From contig NC_090387.1 of NCBI RefSeq assembly GCF_036365525.1, positions 76,507,300 through 76,571,299 of the forward strand: a stretch of DNA of 64,000 nt, given 5' to 3'. This DNA comes from Heterodontus francisci. Its lineage: Eukaryota. The notes beneath the pieces were generated by a model, which did no database searches, was not told the origin of the DNA, and was given only the letters and a program-made list of their open reading frames with translations. This document shows, one piece after another, positions 13,429 to 25,144 of this stretch (the stretch's first letter is position 1; the number at the start of each line of letters is the position of its first letter). The position numbers and the translations under genes were made by a program.

Positions 13429-13539
13429 CTGGGGATAGACGGTGTGCTCTATCTCATGTCTACGTTTGGGGGGTCCTTTGTCATCTCTCAAGTTTAGAGT
13501 AGCGTAGGCGGTAAGTTGTTCACTTGGTGCTTGTCTAAC
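13429..13539 (-). CDS. Gene B exon 6: tyrosine module 1 (VRQAPSEQLTAYATLNLRDDKGPPKRRHEIEHTVYPQ)
   Basis: Acceptor tatttttacag|, donor CAG|gtaggg, 111 nt, phase 0-0. Contains TAYATL and TVYPQ. Confidence 0.85.
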
Positions 13540-14299
13540 CTGTAAAAATAAGATATGGAATACTGATAGTTAGAGTCTAATACAGCAGCCAGCTACCATC
13601 AATTGGAACTGAGTCTGAAAGTGTAAATATGGAGACAGTAACCGATAAAATTAGGGCTTAATTGCATTCTGCCCACTCACAATCATTTTATTCAATATCT
13701 CTCCCATAGGGTGAGGAATAATGTTCTAAATATGAAATCCAGTGCACTCAAATCTTTTTAATCCTCAGTCAGCCCATCTTATTGGAAGACTTTCCAGGCA
13801 GAGGCTGAGATTGTCCTCGTTCCACTTCCAGCCACATCTATCCAGAGCTGGAAATCAGCCGCTGAGACATTCAGCCCCTCCCCGCAACTGCCTAACCCAG
13901 GGTTTCAGGGTGCAGACCAATTAGGTGTTGGTAGCAATGTCCCAGCTAACACACCAGCGGTGGGGACGGCACCTGGGACCCTGGAATCTAAAAGCAAAAT
14001 ACTGCGGTTGCTGGAAATGTGAAATAAAACAGAAAATGCTGGAAATACTCAGCAGGCCTGGCAGCATCTGAAGAGAGAGAAGCAGAGTTAACTTTTCAGG
14101 TCTGTGACCTCTCATGGAAGGTCACAGGTCTGAAACGTTCCCTCTGTAGCTCTCACCTTCCTAATCTATCTGGTTGTGCAGGACAACGTCTCAATTAAGC
14201 AACTGGGCATCTCCGATTTTTAAAATAATTTGAATTACGAAAGAGAAATTTGTCAGATGCATATGTTACAGTAAATACAAATATTTATCTTGGCCTTAA

Positions 14300-14897
14300 A
14301 ATCAAGACATGTAGTACAAAAACAAGAAATTTATGCAAAACCTTTCTAAATCACTGGTCAGGCCTCAACTGAAACATTGTGTTCAATTCTGGGCACCACA
14401 CTGTGGGAAAGATGCCAAGGCCTTCGAGAGGGTGAAAAGGAGATTTACTGAAACGGTATCAGGAATGAACGACTTCAGTTATGTTGGGTAGACTAGAGAA
14501 TCTACGATTGCCCTCCTTATAACAGAGAGCGTGAAGGGGATATTTAATGAAGGTGTTCAAAATTATGAGAGGTTTTGAGAGAATAAATAAGGAGAAACTG
14601 ATTTCACTGGTCGTTGTGTCGGTAGCCAGGGACAGAGATTTAAAATAATTGGCAAAATAATCAGGGAAGATGAGGATATTTTTAATGCAGCCTGCTGTTG
14701 TGATCTGGAATGCACTGCCTGAAAGGGTGGTGGAAGCAGATTCAATAGTAACTTTCAAAAAGGATATATACTTGAAATCAAAAATAATGTGGGGCTATTT
14801 ATAAAGAGTCGGTGAGTGGGGCTAATTGGATAGTTATTTCAAAGAGCCAGCAGAGGCAGCATGGCCTCCTTCCTTGCTGTAGGATTCTATGATTCTA
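14300..14897 (+). mobile_element. Degenerate CR1 3' fragment
   Basis: Remnants of the RPQL..CVQFW and WNALP coding regions, with a gattctatgattcta tail. Confidence 0.7.
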
Positions 14898-14988
14898 TAA
14901 AATTTTATAAATATCTTCTAGACTGAATGTAAAAATTCTTGTTATTCCCCCGCCTACTTTTGGAACATGAAGAACATTGTCACCCTAC

Positions 14989-15032
14989 CTGCTCTTCAGC
15001 CTGACCCGCTTCCGCAGAGTCTTTCTTGCTGC
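14989..15032 (-). CDS. Gene B exon 5: cytoplasmic linker (GSKKDSAEAGQAEEQ)
   Basis: Acceptor ctctttccctcag|, donor CAG|gtaggg, 44 nt, phase 1->0. Bridges the TM exon to the phase-0 tyrosine exons. Confidence 0.82.
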
Positions 15033-15647
15033 CTGAGGGAAAGAGAAGTCCACATTGAATAGCTTAATCAGTATATAAGCAAAACAAGTTCATGTTTTTG
15101 ATGCTAAACACAGATGCTGTGTAAAGTAAGGAGACTTGAAGGTACAGATCGCTCTGAAGATGCTCAGCAGTACCAGCCATTACAGTGCAGCATGCTGGGA
15201 ATTCCCTTCTCATACCCTACAGTGTCGCTGCATCCAATGGTGTGGACCTCGTCTTTGTGCGATAGTGAAAAACAGGGTTGTCCATCCTTTCCGCATGATG
15301 GGGGGGTGGGGGGGGGGGGGTTGCTGGGGGTGGCAGGGGCGGTGGCACAATACAATTTTGTCTTATATAGGGGGCTGGTGAGACAATTTTGGAAAGATAA
15401 AGGCATTAAAAATACATCTTACTATTAATCAAAATAGCAACAAAGGTGCATTGTTGTGAGGAAGCTTTAAATATTCAACTACCAAACACAAAAAGCTCTG
15501 TGCTATCAACTTCATTCTTTAAAGATGCAGTAAGGTGCTCTTTATTCTTCAACAATGAATGAGGATTCACCTGCCCTTTTTGTATTGTAAAATTACAACT
15601 GGGCCTTTGAAAATAAAAGTATTCGGCAGAATAAGAAATATTCTTAC

Positions 15648-15752
15648 CATCTGATGCCTTTAATTTGAGTCTGGTCAAAATTATTATTAATAGTAAAATT
15701 GCCAGTATGCCCCCCGCACATCCAAAAATCAGCAGAAATGTATTATCAGTAC
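15648..15752 (-). CDS. Gene B exon 4: uncharged transmembrane segment
   Basis: Acceptor cctgcag|, donor G|gtaag, 105 nt, phase 1-1. (G)TDNTFLLIFGCAGGILAILLLIIILTRLKLKASD: hydrophobic span followed by a basic stop-transfer. Confidence 0.92.
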
Positions 15753-16753
15753 CTGCAGGATCAACAGATATTTGAAATAAGAAACTGTAGAAGACAGCGA
15801 GATATATACACAGAGTATCGTGGGTCAGGCAATGGAGGACGAGTTGCAAAGGTGTCTCTTGGGATAACGGCCTCTACCGTCAGTGGGGCTGGACCCCTTT
15901 TTTATTATAATGTGCACCAAACAATGACGATTGTAATCCAGTAATGGAATTTATGGAGAAAATAAATCCTATTCCATAAAGGCACAGGAAGCTTCTCTCT
16001 GCACGTGAGGGTTGTTTATTAAGAGTAAAGGGAGTTACACTTTTTTACCTAGCAGTGCGACACCAGACTGATCCGCAACGGCTGCAAAGGTGGCAAAGTC
16101 TTCCACTCTTCAGCGCTGACATTCCTCAGCAGTGTTACTGCTGTTACTTTTAGTAGGTAACAAGCAACTTGCATTTATGCAGCGTCTTTAACACAGTAAA
16201 ACGTCAAAAGGCATTTCACAAAGAATCACCAAACAGAATTTTAAACCGAGCCACATAAAGGGATATTAGGAAAGATGGAGGTAGACTTCAAGGAGCGTCT
16301 TAAAGGAGAGGGACATAGAGAGCCGGAGTGGTCGGGAATTTTAACTTTTAGGATGTAGACAACTGAAGGCACGATGCGCAGAGAATAGATGAACATAATG
16401 ATATTTCCATATATCCAATTTAAATTCACGGGATGTAAAGTGACTCTGAGAGAACCGATCCATTTTATGTGTAGTTTCATTTTATTTGGCAAGAATTTGA
16501 CGAGGAATAATCTTTCAAGTTTTGAACAGTTGTCCATCAACCTCCTGTTTCAGATCGCTTCAGGGAAATACTTTCCTTCCTTCACCTACTTGAATATTTT
16601 ATTTCGTTCCCATAAGTGTGGCATTGAGAGTAAATACAGTCCACATTCACTCCGTATCCTCGTGTTTGAACAGTGTTCCAGCTACATGTCTAATCAGTAA
16701 ATACAGATTGAAGTAGTCACCACGCTCCCCGCTGGATATGTTTTCAAACGTAC

Positions 16754-17047
16754 CTCGATTGACGGTGTAGCTGACGCTAGCAGGTACCAGAAGAGAGATA
16801 TGAGATGCCAGACAGGTGTAAACAACTTTCTTCGGGGCAGGTTGTGCTTCTTCCAAAAAACTGGAAACTTCATAAAGTTCTTCCGTGCTCTTGTTTTTCA
16901 CAGTTTCTATTCCGCTCAGAATTTCGACACCATCCCTTAACCAGGAGATTTCTAAATGCTCTGGATAAAAGGCAACCGTTTTACACTCGAGTTTCAGAGA
17001 AGTCGCTGAAGTTTCAACAGCAACGATTTTCAGGGGGGTCGGGGGAA
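16754..17047 (-). CDS. Gene B exon 3: C1-set Ig domain
   Basis: Acceptor ttctctgttatag|, donor G|gtacg, 294 nt, phase 1-1. (V)PPTPLKIVAVETSATSLKLECKTVAFYPEHLEISWLRDG...LYEVSSFL...YTCLASHISL...; C1 motifs LxC, FYP, W and YxCxxxH. Confidence 0.93.
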
Positions 17048-17176
17048 CTATAACAGAGAAAAAAAGTTTTTTTTTAGTTTAAAGGAACACATTCTCATTT
17101 TCTACCCTCCTTTATGCTATTACACCCCTACGGTTACAATGGTTATCGGTGCTGTCGTTCTTTAAGCTTTATGCTT

Positions 17177-17432
17177 GCAGCACAGTGGCGCCATGGTTAG
17201 CACCACAGCCTCAGCGACCCGGGTTCAATTCCGGGTCCTGCCTGTGTGACGTTTGCAAGTTCTCCCTGTGGCCGCGTGGGTTTTCGCCAGGTGCTCCGGT
17301 TTCCTCCCACAGCCAAAAACTTGCAGGTTGATAGATAAATTGGCTCTAGTATGGGAAGGTGGAGATGGGATTAATGTAAGATTAGTATTGATGGTGTGCC
17401 GAAGGGCCTGTTTCACTGCTGTATCTCTAAAT
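17177..17432 (+). mobile_element. tRNA-derived V-SINE (HE1-like)
   Basis: tRNA-like head (gggttcaattcc B box), V-domain core ctccggtttcctcccacagccaaa and a CR1-like tail. Other copies at 21765-22095 (-) and 46580-46810 (+). Confidence 0.75.
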
Positions 17433-19130
17433 AAAAAAATAGATTGTTGTAAGGCACACAGCAAAATGACGAAATGTATTGCAAACGATGCACAAAGAGG
17501 TTGCAATTAGGGAAGCAGATGCCACTGCTCTGAATGGAAGTATCAGATCCTGGCGCGGGATTGGGGTTAGCAGTAATGATCCCAAATGAGATTCCTGTCC
17601 GAATATATCGGAGTGAGCGCAACCAGTTCACACGAACAGCGGAATCGTCTCTCCTTATACTGTAAGAATCATTGCTGTACTAAATATTTTGTGTGTTTAT
17701 TTCAAAACTGATCGTTTTTCGAATAGTTCATATATTTGAAAACATATTTTATTTCAGTATTATTCAGAAGATGATGTGTGTAATCAAAACATCTCTGATG
17801 TCGATATTGAATCCAGACAGGATGTTTTTATATGTGTAGATTAGAATTCGTGCATTCCAACATTTCAGCGTCTGTGGTGGAGATTTCAGATCGTGCAGCT
17901 TTCATCTAGGGAACTTTCTCTAGAGGGGGAACCGAGGGCTGAAACATTTTTCATCTAATTTAATAATTAGGGACATTATTAACTTGCAAAATTATATTAG
18001 CCTTTATTCCCAACAAAGGCTCAGAATTTCTCTTTTACCATGGATCTGCTTTAGAGATAATATGCAATGCAGTAGAATTTCAGTGGAGGAGGGCAGTGTT
18101 CTTTTGATCTCTTGCCGTAATTTCTGTCTGGGGTTTGGGGCGTGTAAGTGGAAATCATGAAGTACAAATACCGGAGCCCAGGCTTTTACTCAAATGTTCG
18201 GTGATATCCTTCCAGTATTTGACGGGTTGACAGCGTTTAAAAGAAAGTCCAATTGACGTAAGACAGGGGTTCAAACACGGGCATTGGGTAGCTTCACTGT
18301 TCTTCAAGCTGGGCTGGAATCCAGCATTGAGGGCAGGATCAACACCTCCCTTCTCACTAGGTCGTAGGTTTCATTTATGAAAAGAGTTTGGTAGCTCAAG
18401 CAAGTTATCAATGGACACAAGTGCACAGCATAAACTGTGGACAGAGGAACAGGAGTAGGCCATTCATTTAGATTATGATTGATTCTTACACTAACTCCAT
18501 TTTCCCGACTTAATTCCTTTCCTTTGATACCCATACCTAACAAAAATCTGTCCAACTCAAATATCGGACAATTTGGTATAGAAAGTATGAGGTGGCAATT
18601 TTGAGCAATGGAAATTTATCTGGTGCGAGAAATATTTACGGCGGTGGTAGGAAAGTGTTCACCTGAGTTTGTGACCTTGTCGGGGCGGATTAGATGGTCT
18701 TTAATGTTGTATAAAAGACTTGACCTAGGAGGTGTTAAAATTGTTCCCATTGTCGCACTTTGGCACCGTTATTTTGGTGAGAAGGAACCTGGCCTACTTA
18801 TACTATTGATTAATTTCAAACTAAGATTTAAACATTTTTTTCACTCTCTTGGCTTAATAACAATTGTACCTGCACCAAAAGCACTCATTGAGTGAAAACA
18901 CTTTGGAATGTTCTGCGATGTTGTGAGGACAATGAGCGGGTGAAATTGGTCTTAGACAGTAGCGCAAAACGGACGATAGCGAATCGGCAGTCGTTGTACA
19001 CCGGGGTCAATGGAAAAGAAAATCCCGAGATGTGTAAAACGAATTTGTTGTCAGCAAGTTTTCTTCCAGTGAAATTACATATATTGCACACAGCTGAAAA
19101 AGCCCCACTCCCTGGTACAATGACACTTAC

Positions 19131-19433
19131 CGTACACAGTAAGCTGGGAACCACTTCCATCTCCAATAGATTCTTGATGTTTTACTTTACAGTAATACAT
19201 TCCGGAGTCTGCAACACTCGCATTCAGAACATCAAATGAACTACTTCCCTTTTTTACATTAAATCGCTTTCTGCTGTCTGGTTTCAGAAACGATCCCTCG
19301 CCGCGTTTCCACCAATAAACATCTGGAATATCTTGAAATAGGGGAAATGTACAGAACATGGAAGCATTCGCACCTCTGGCAACCTTCAAGAATTTAGGAA
19401 ACTGTTCCACTTTGTTCGAAGTTACTTCAGCGG
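19131..19433 (-). CDS. Gene B exon 2: V-set Ig domain with germline-joined J-like G strand
   Basis: Acceptor ttttctaatag|, donor G|gtaag, 303 nt, phase 1-1. AEVTSNKVEQFPKFLKVARGANASMFCTFPLFQDIPDVYWWKRGEGSFLKPDSRKRFNVKKGSSSFDVLNASVADSGMYYCKVKHQESIGDGSGSQLTVY. Has the B-strand Cys, C-strand Trp, DSGxYYC and GxGSxLxV. Confidence 0.95.
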
Positions 19434-19622
19434 CTATTAGAAAATAAACAGTTTCATACATCAGATAAAGAAAATAACAGAAATAAAACTCAAGAACCAT
19501 TAAAAACACCAACAAGCGAATTGGAGAAACACATCTAATTTTGCAATTCATAACAATTGTACAATCTTCTAAAATATGATTGAAGTTATTCTGAAAGGGC
19601 AGCATATACTAACTAAAGGTAC

Positions 19623-19677
19623 CTGGCCAAACCATGCCCAAAAGAGCCATGTACTGAACTGAAGCTCTCACCGACAT
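19623..19677 (-). CDS. Gene B exon 1: signal peptide (MSVRASVQYMALLGMVWP)
   Basis: ATG at 19677, 18 codons + 1 nt, donor CCAG|gtacct. Phase 1 matches the V exon about 190 nt downstream. Confidence 0.85.
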
Positions 19678-20274
19678 GTTGCAACTTGCAATTGGTGTAA
19701 ATGAGAATGGCAACCTGAATGATGTGGGCAAGAAATGGATTTCATAGATAAATATATGAAACATGTGACCATGACATGAGGTATCACGTGACTAAAACGG
19801 CGTATTAAGTCGGGTTATATATACTTCTGCGTGGGAGTCTGGGAAGTAGGAGGTCACCTGCAGACTGAAAAGTTTCCATCGAAAAAGCATTGCTTTTACA
19901 GCCGCTCCCGGCACTTCGATCCGACAATCTTCTATTCCAATACCTGTCTTAGATCCTCTTCTCAATCCTGAATATAACGACTCGGGCTGCAAGCGTGGGC
20001 AGTCCGCCCACACTTTATCTCAAGGAATCTTCTTTATGCAGGAGCATGGACAGCGAGAGTAGAAAATATTTAGTCCCGGGAGCTCAGGTGCGATCATGAT
20101 CTCTCCCAACCTCCATGAACCCGGACTTCTAGCAGAAGTCACTGGAATAGCAATTCGAATTAATAACCCTGCTCATCGCTCTTTCTCCACTCCAAAGCTC
20201 GTGAGGCCTACTTTAGCCTCATCCAAGACAGAGATGAAATGTTGGACCGATACCCACGTGGTTCAATGTTACAG

Positions 20275-20830
20275 ATTGTTTTTCCAAAAAATATACTTTA
20301 TTCCTAGAAATTTGCAAAAATACATTACAAAACAATTCAAAACAGTTCAAATTTCACATTTCAGGAAGTACAGTCGAGATCAGATTTATTCGATACAGAA
20401 AACATGAAGTGACTCACAATTCTTGCCATTCCATTTTCAATGAAATGTACATTGGCATTACATAGCAAAAAACATTTTGTTGCTTACAGGCCGAAGGGTT
20501 TTACACAGGTTCCAGACCCTCAGTATAGTATGCCAGGAGGACCTTACACAGTGGCTTTTCCCCATTGAGCCTTTGTAGCAGCTGCCCCAAGCTTTAGTGC
20601 ATCCCTCAGCACATAGTCCTGGGCCTTAGAATGTGCCAGTCTGCAACACTCGGAGGTGGACAACTCTTTGGTCTGGAAGACCAGCAAGTTTTGGGCTGAC
20701 CAAACTGTGTCCTTCACCCAGTTGATAGTCCTCCAGCAACAGGTGATGGTTATCTTAGTGTGCGTCCCTGGGTAAGCCCGTAGAGAACAGAGTCTTGTGC
20801 TCCAGAGCTGCTCGGGATGAACCTCAACAG
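20275..20830 (-). mobile_element. Tx1/L1-clade LINE 3' end
   Basis: ORF 20544-20888 ends WRTINWVKDTVWSAQNLLVFQ...VLRDALKLG...WG, resembling a Tx1-type ORF2 C-terminus, followed by an AT-rich 3'UTR. Confidence 0.65.
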
Positions 20831-21184
20831 AAACCATTGCATCTCTTTCCAGACCTGCTATGTAAAGTCCAACAAGCTTGAAATGCAACGAGGAATACTC
20901 ACGATGAGTGCAGATGAAACTGCGAGGAGAAACTGACTAGAATGACCACATTTAACTGATTGTAAAGAGAAAGGAGATTTCAATGGAAGTGAGGCCCATC
21001 ATTCACAGCTTGTTGTAGGTTCCAATTTCCAAATCTGCTCCTTGTCGAGTTAGTTGATCTGAAGCAGGAGGTGAAAATCATTCAGGAGTCTTGTTTCTAA
21101 CTGCCGACCAGTTGAGCTGTATGAACCTTTGGTAGTAGCAAGACGGGGATAGGCTGTAACTTACTTCTACCCCAAATCTCAGAT

Positions 21185-21620
21185 CCTCTGATTCTTTTGC
21201 CAATCACCTTAATTTTTTGCCCTCTGATTACCGACCCTGCTGCCACTGTGAACAGTTTCTCCTTATTTGCACTATCAAAACTGTTCATAGTTTTGAACTC
21301 CACTGTCAAATCTCTTAACCTTCTTGACTCTAAGGAGAACAAACCTAGCTTCTCTAGTCTCCCCACATACCAAATGGCCCTCAATCCTGGTACTGTTCTA
21401 GTAAATCTCTTCTGCACCTCCTCTAAGTCATTGACAACCTTCCCGAAGTCTGGTGCCCAGTTTTGAACATAACACTCCAGCTGAGGTCTAACTAGTGCTT
21501 TATCAAGGTTTAGTATAACTTCCTTGCCTTGTGCACTATGTCTCTTTTAATAAATCCAAGGATCCCCTGTGGTTTAACAGCCTTCTCATTTGTCCTGCCA
21601 CCTTCAAAAAATTCGACATT
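21185..21620 (-). mobile_element. CR1 fragment
   Basis: ORF 21097-21417 contains RFTRTVPGL...[16 protein letters not shown]. Confidence 0.75.
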
Positions 21621-21764
21621 TAACCCCAGATCTTTACTTGCATTGAAATCTCCTTTCTGTTTTCAATCCGGAAAATGTGAGTCATTTTCCTCATAGTTCC
21701 ATCTTTAGGTAGGGTTGGAATGATGGCAGGTCTCTATAGTGAATATAGAAAGCGGTGTCAAAGA

Positions 21765-22095
21765 GTCATATAGCACTGAAAAAGGCCTTTCGGCCCACCG
21801 AGTCTGTGCCGACCGAAAACCACCCATTTATACTAATCGTACATTAATCCCATATTCCCCACCACATCCCCACCATTCTCCTACCACTTACCTACACTGG
21901 AGGCAATTTACAATGGCCAAATTAGCTATCAACCTGCAAGTCTTTGGCTGTGGGAGGAAACCAGAGCACTCAGTGGAAACCCACGCGGTGACAAGGAGAA
22001 CATGCAAACTCCGCACAGGCAGTACCCAGAACCAAACCTGGGTCGCTGGAGCTGTGAGGCTGTGGTGCTAACCACTGCACCACTGTGCTGTCCCA
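21765..22095 (-). mobile_element. V-SINE copy
   Basis: Reverse complement of the 17177 element family. Confidence 0.75.
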
Positions 22096-22359
22096 ACAGC
22101 TTAACCAATTAGGGACAGAGTGCTGAAAGTTATTCTGTTGAACTGCATTCAGTTTTGTGGTTTGGTAACCTATGGATATGAATTCACTATAGCTGAGAGC
22201 TATATAAGGTAATAAAATATATAGTACTCCTATTTGTTCCAGTCTGTTCTGAAGGAGAGAACTGGGGGTGGCTGCTTGTCTGATGAAGATTGATTATTCA
22301 CCTCAATTGTCCTCCCTCATTGAAACACAACAATGGGCCAGCTCTTCCCTCTTAAATAT

Positions 22360-23120
22360 GAACACGAACATACATACAAGCATTTGAATTAGGAGCAGGA
22401 GCAGGCCATTCAGCCCCTCAAGCCTGCTCTGCCATTTGATAAGATCATAGCTGATCTGATTCTGGCCTGAACTCTACTTTCTTGTCTACTCACTATACCC
22501 TTTGATTCCCTTGTCAATCAAGAATCTATCTAACTTAGCCTTAAAAATATTCAATGACCCTGCATTGGGGAAGAGAATTCCACAGGCTAATGACCCTCGG
22601 AGAGAAGAAAATTCATATCTCCCTCTTAAATGGAAGACCCCCTATTTTTAAACTGTGTCCCCTCGTTCCAATGTCTCCCACAAGGGGAATCATCCTCTCA
22701 GCATCCACCCTGTCAAGTCCTCTCAGGATCTTATATGTTTCAATAAGATCACCTCTCATTCTTCTAAACTCTAATGTATACAGGCTCGACCTGTCCAACC
22801 TTTCCTCATAAGATAACCACTTCATGCCTGGAATCAGTCGAATGAACCTTCTCTGAACTGCCTCTAATGCAATTATATCCCTTCTTAAATAAGGAGACCA
22901 AAACTTTACACAGTACTCCAGATGTGGTCTCACCAACACCCTGTATAACTGTAGCAAAACCTCCCTACTTTTATACTCAATTCCCACTGCAATAAATGAG
23001 AACATTCTATTTACTTTCCTAATCACTTGCTGCATCTGCATCCTAACAATTTGCGATTCATGTGCCCGGACAGCTTCTGTACCACAGAGTTCTTCCATCG
23101 CTCGCCATTTAAAAATATAC
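22360..23120 (-). mobile_element. CR1 3' fragment
   Basis: ORF 22613-23098 contains [15 protein letters not shown]...RGDLIETYKIL. Confidence 0.85.
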
Positions 23121-24099
23121 TGCTGTTATTCCTGTAGAGATTTACCATGAAGAACTCCGATGGCCATTGCTGGAGCAGGGGCGAAGCTCCACAACACCAG
23201 CCTGAGTGAGTATCGCAGTTGTTTGCGATGTTTCTCGTGATTGCTACTGAAATTCTGAAGGGAAGAACAAAGCTGCATGGTATTGTCTATTCGGAAATGG
23301 GTAGTGGGTTACTAAACAGAGAAAAGAACAAATATAGGCCAGAGATCAAGAATATCTCATGCAACAGAGAATTGGATTAATGAAAAAAATCCTGAATGTT
23401 GGAAACATGAATTTAAATCTAAAGTATTGGAAGTACATTAATGACCTCCCAGCATCTGTAAAAAAAAAAGTCGAGTCACAGCAGGGTTGGCAACTGCAGT
23501 TTGATGCATTCCTGGAGATTCGATCTTGTGATGTTGCTCATGTGATGTTTAATCACATAGGAACAAGAGTCAGCTATGTAGCTGTTCCAGCATGTTCTGC
23601 CATTCAGTGAGATCATGTCTGATCTGTAACCTAACACCTTATACCTGACGTTTGATCACGTGACACTGGCCCACTGTTTGTAGATGTTATTGCATTTACG
23701 TTAGTTGAGTTTCTTACTACCACCAAGCCCTGAATAAAATATTTGTTTTTTTTATTTTATAGTGAGATGGATATTGTAATTCATAAATCAAAGAAAGCAC
23801 TCACAAGAATAGAAAGATTTAAGAGTCAAGAATTTTAAAATAAAAACTGCTCTTTGTGATGTTTCTACTGTGTCAACCGCAATAAAAAACATCAAGTAAA
23901 TATTGTTAATTCAACAATAATATCATTAATATAAGTAACGTCTCACTAAAGTTCTCATACAATTTTATGGCGTTTTACACACATAGCAAGTTAGAACAGC
24001 AATAAATAAAACAAAATCTAATTTAATTCACTAAGTCCCACACCCCACTGCTGAGACCCAGCTTCTGGAGTCAGAGGCTCAGTTCTCAGTTCAACAACA

Positions 24100-24558
24100 C
24101 TCAGGTAGCTTGACACTATCCTGGACCAAGCAGCCCGGTTGATCGGCACCCCATCCGACACCTTAAAAATTCACTCCCTCGACCACCATGCACAGTGGCA
24201 GCAGTGTGTACCATATACAAGATGCACTGCAGCAATTCACCACGCCTCCTTCAACGGCACCTTCCAAATCCACGACCTCTACCACCTCTAAGTACAAGCA
24301 CAACAGATCCATGAGAACACCACCAACTGCAAGTTCCTCTCCAAGCCACACGCCATCCTGATTTGGAAATATATCGCTGTTCCTTCACTATAGCTGAATC
24401 GAAATCTTGGAACTCCCTCCCAAACAGCATGGTGGGTGGTTACCTGCACCAGATGGACCGCAGCGATTAAAAAAGGCAGCTCACCACCACCTTCTCAGGA
24501 GCAAGTAGGAATGGGCAACAAGTGACGCCGACATCCCATGAAACTAATTTAAAAAAAA
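24100..24558 (+). mobile_element. 3' fragment of the LINE family seen at 44571-47985
   Basis: Similar to 47520-47985 (gcagctcaccaccaccttctc...). Another copy at about 56665-57010. Confidence 0.7.
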
Positions 24559-25144
24559 CAGCGCCAAAGCTCACTGACTCCCGAAAACAAAACAACTGCA
24601 CATATTACATATAAACAAGAAATGCTGGAATCACTCAGCAGGTCTGGCAGCATCTGTGGAAAGAGTTCCGAAGAAGGGTCACTGACCCGAAACGTTAACT
24701 CTGCTTCTCTTTCCACAGATGCTGCCAGACCTGCTGAGTGATTCCAGCATTTCTTGTTTTTATTTCAGATTTCCAGCATCCGCAGTATTTTGCTTTTATG
24801 CACATATTACATATCACTCTCCCTCCCGCCAGTGTGTGCTGCTTTTGTTTTCTTGCTCCCTCCCTTAGTTTGTGTTTCTCTCTGTCCTCTTTCTCCAGTT
24901 TGTTTCTCTCTTCTGCCAGTTGACGTTGCTGTCTCTCCCTCTCCAGCTCCCCAATTACTCTCTTTGCACACAAGGAATTTCCAAGTGATTTTCACTGGTG
25001 CTGAATCCACCATTTTCACAAGTGGCAATTAAACGGTGTTTTCAAATAGCATTCATTCAGCTAGGTAAAAGGATGCTGACTATAATAGAGAGCTTGCAGC
25101 TCAAGCTGCATATACTTTAGATTGAAATAATGATTGTAATACAG

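Noticed and set aside
19075-19605. 176-aa ORF as a stand-alone single-exon gene
   Set aside because: Its N- and C-terminal parts are intronic read-through. A proper leader exon and splice sites delimit 19131-19433.
24612-24800. Inverted repeat or hairpin as a structured ncRNA
   Set aside because: Head-to-head Penelope-type terminal fragments that recur many times in the window.
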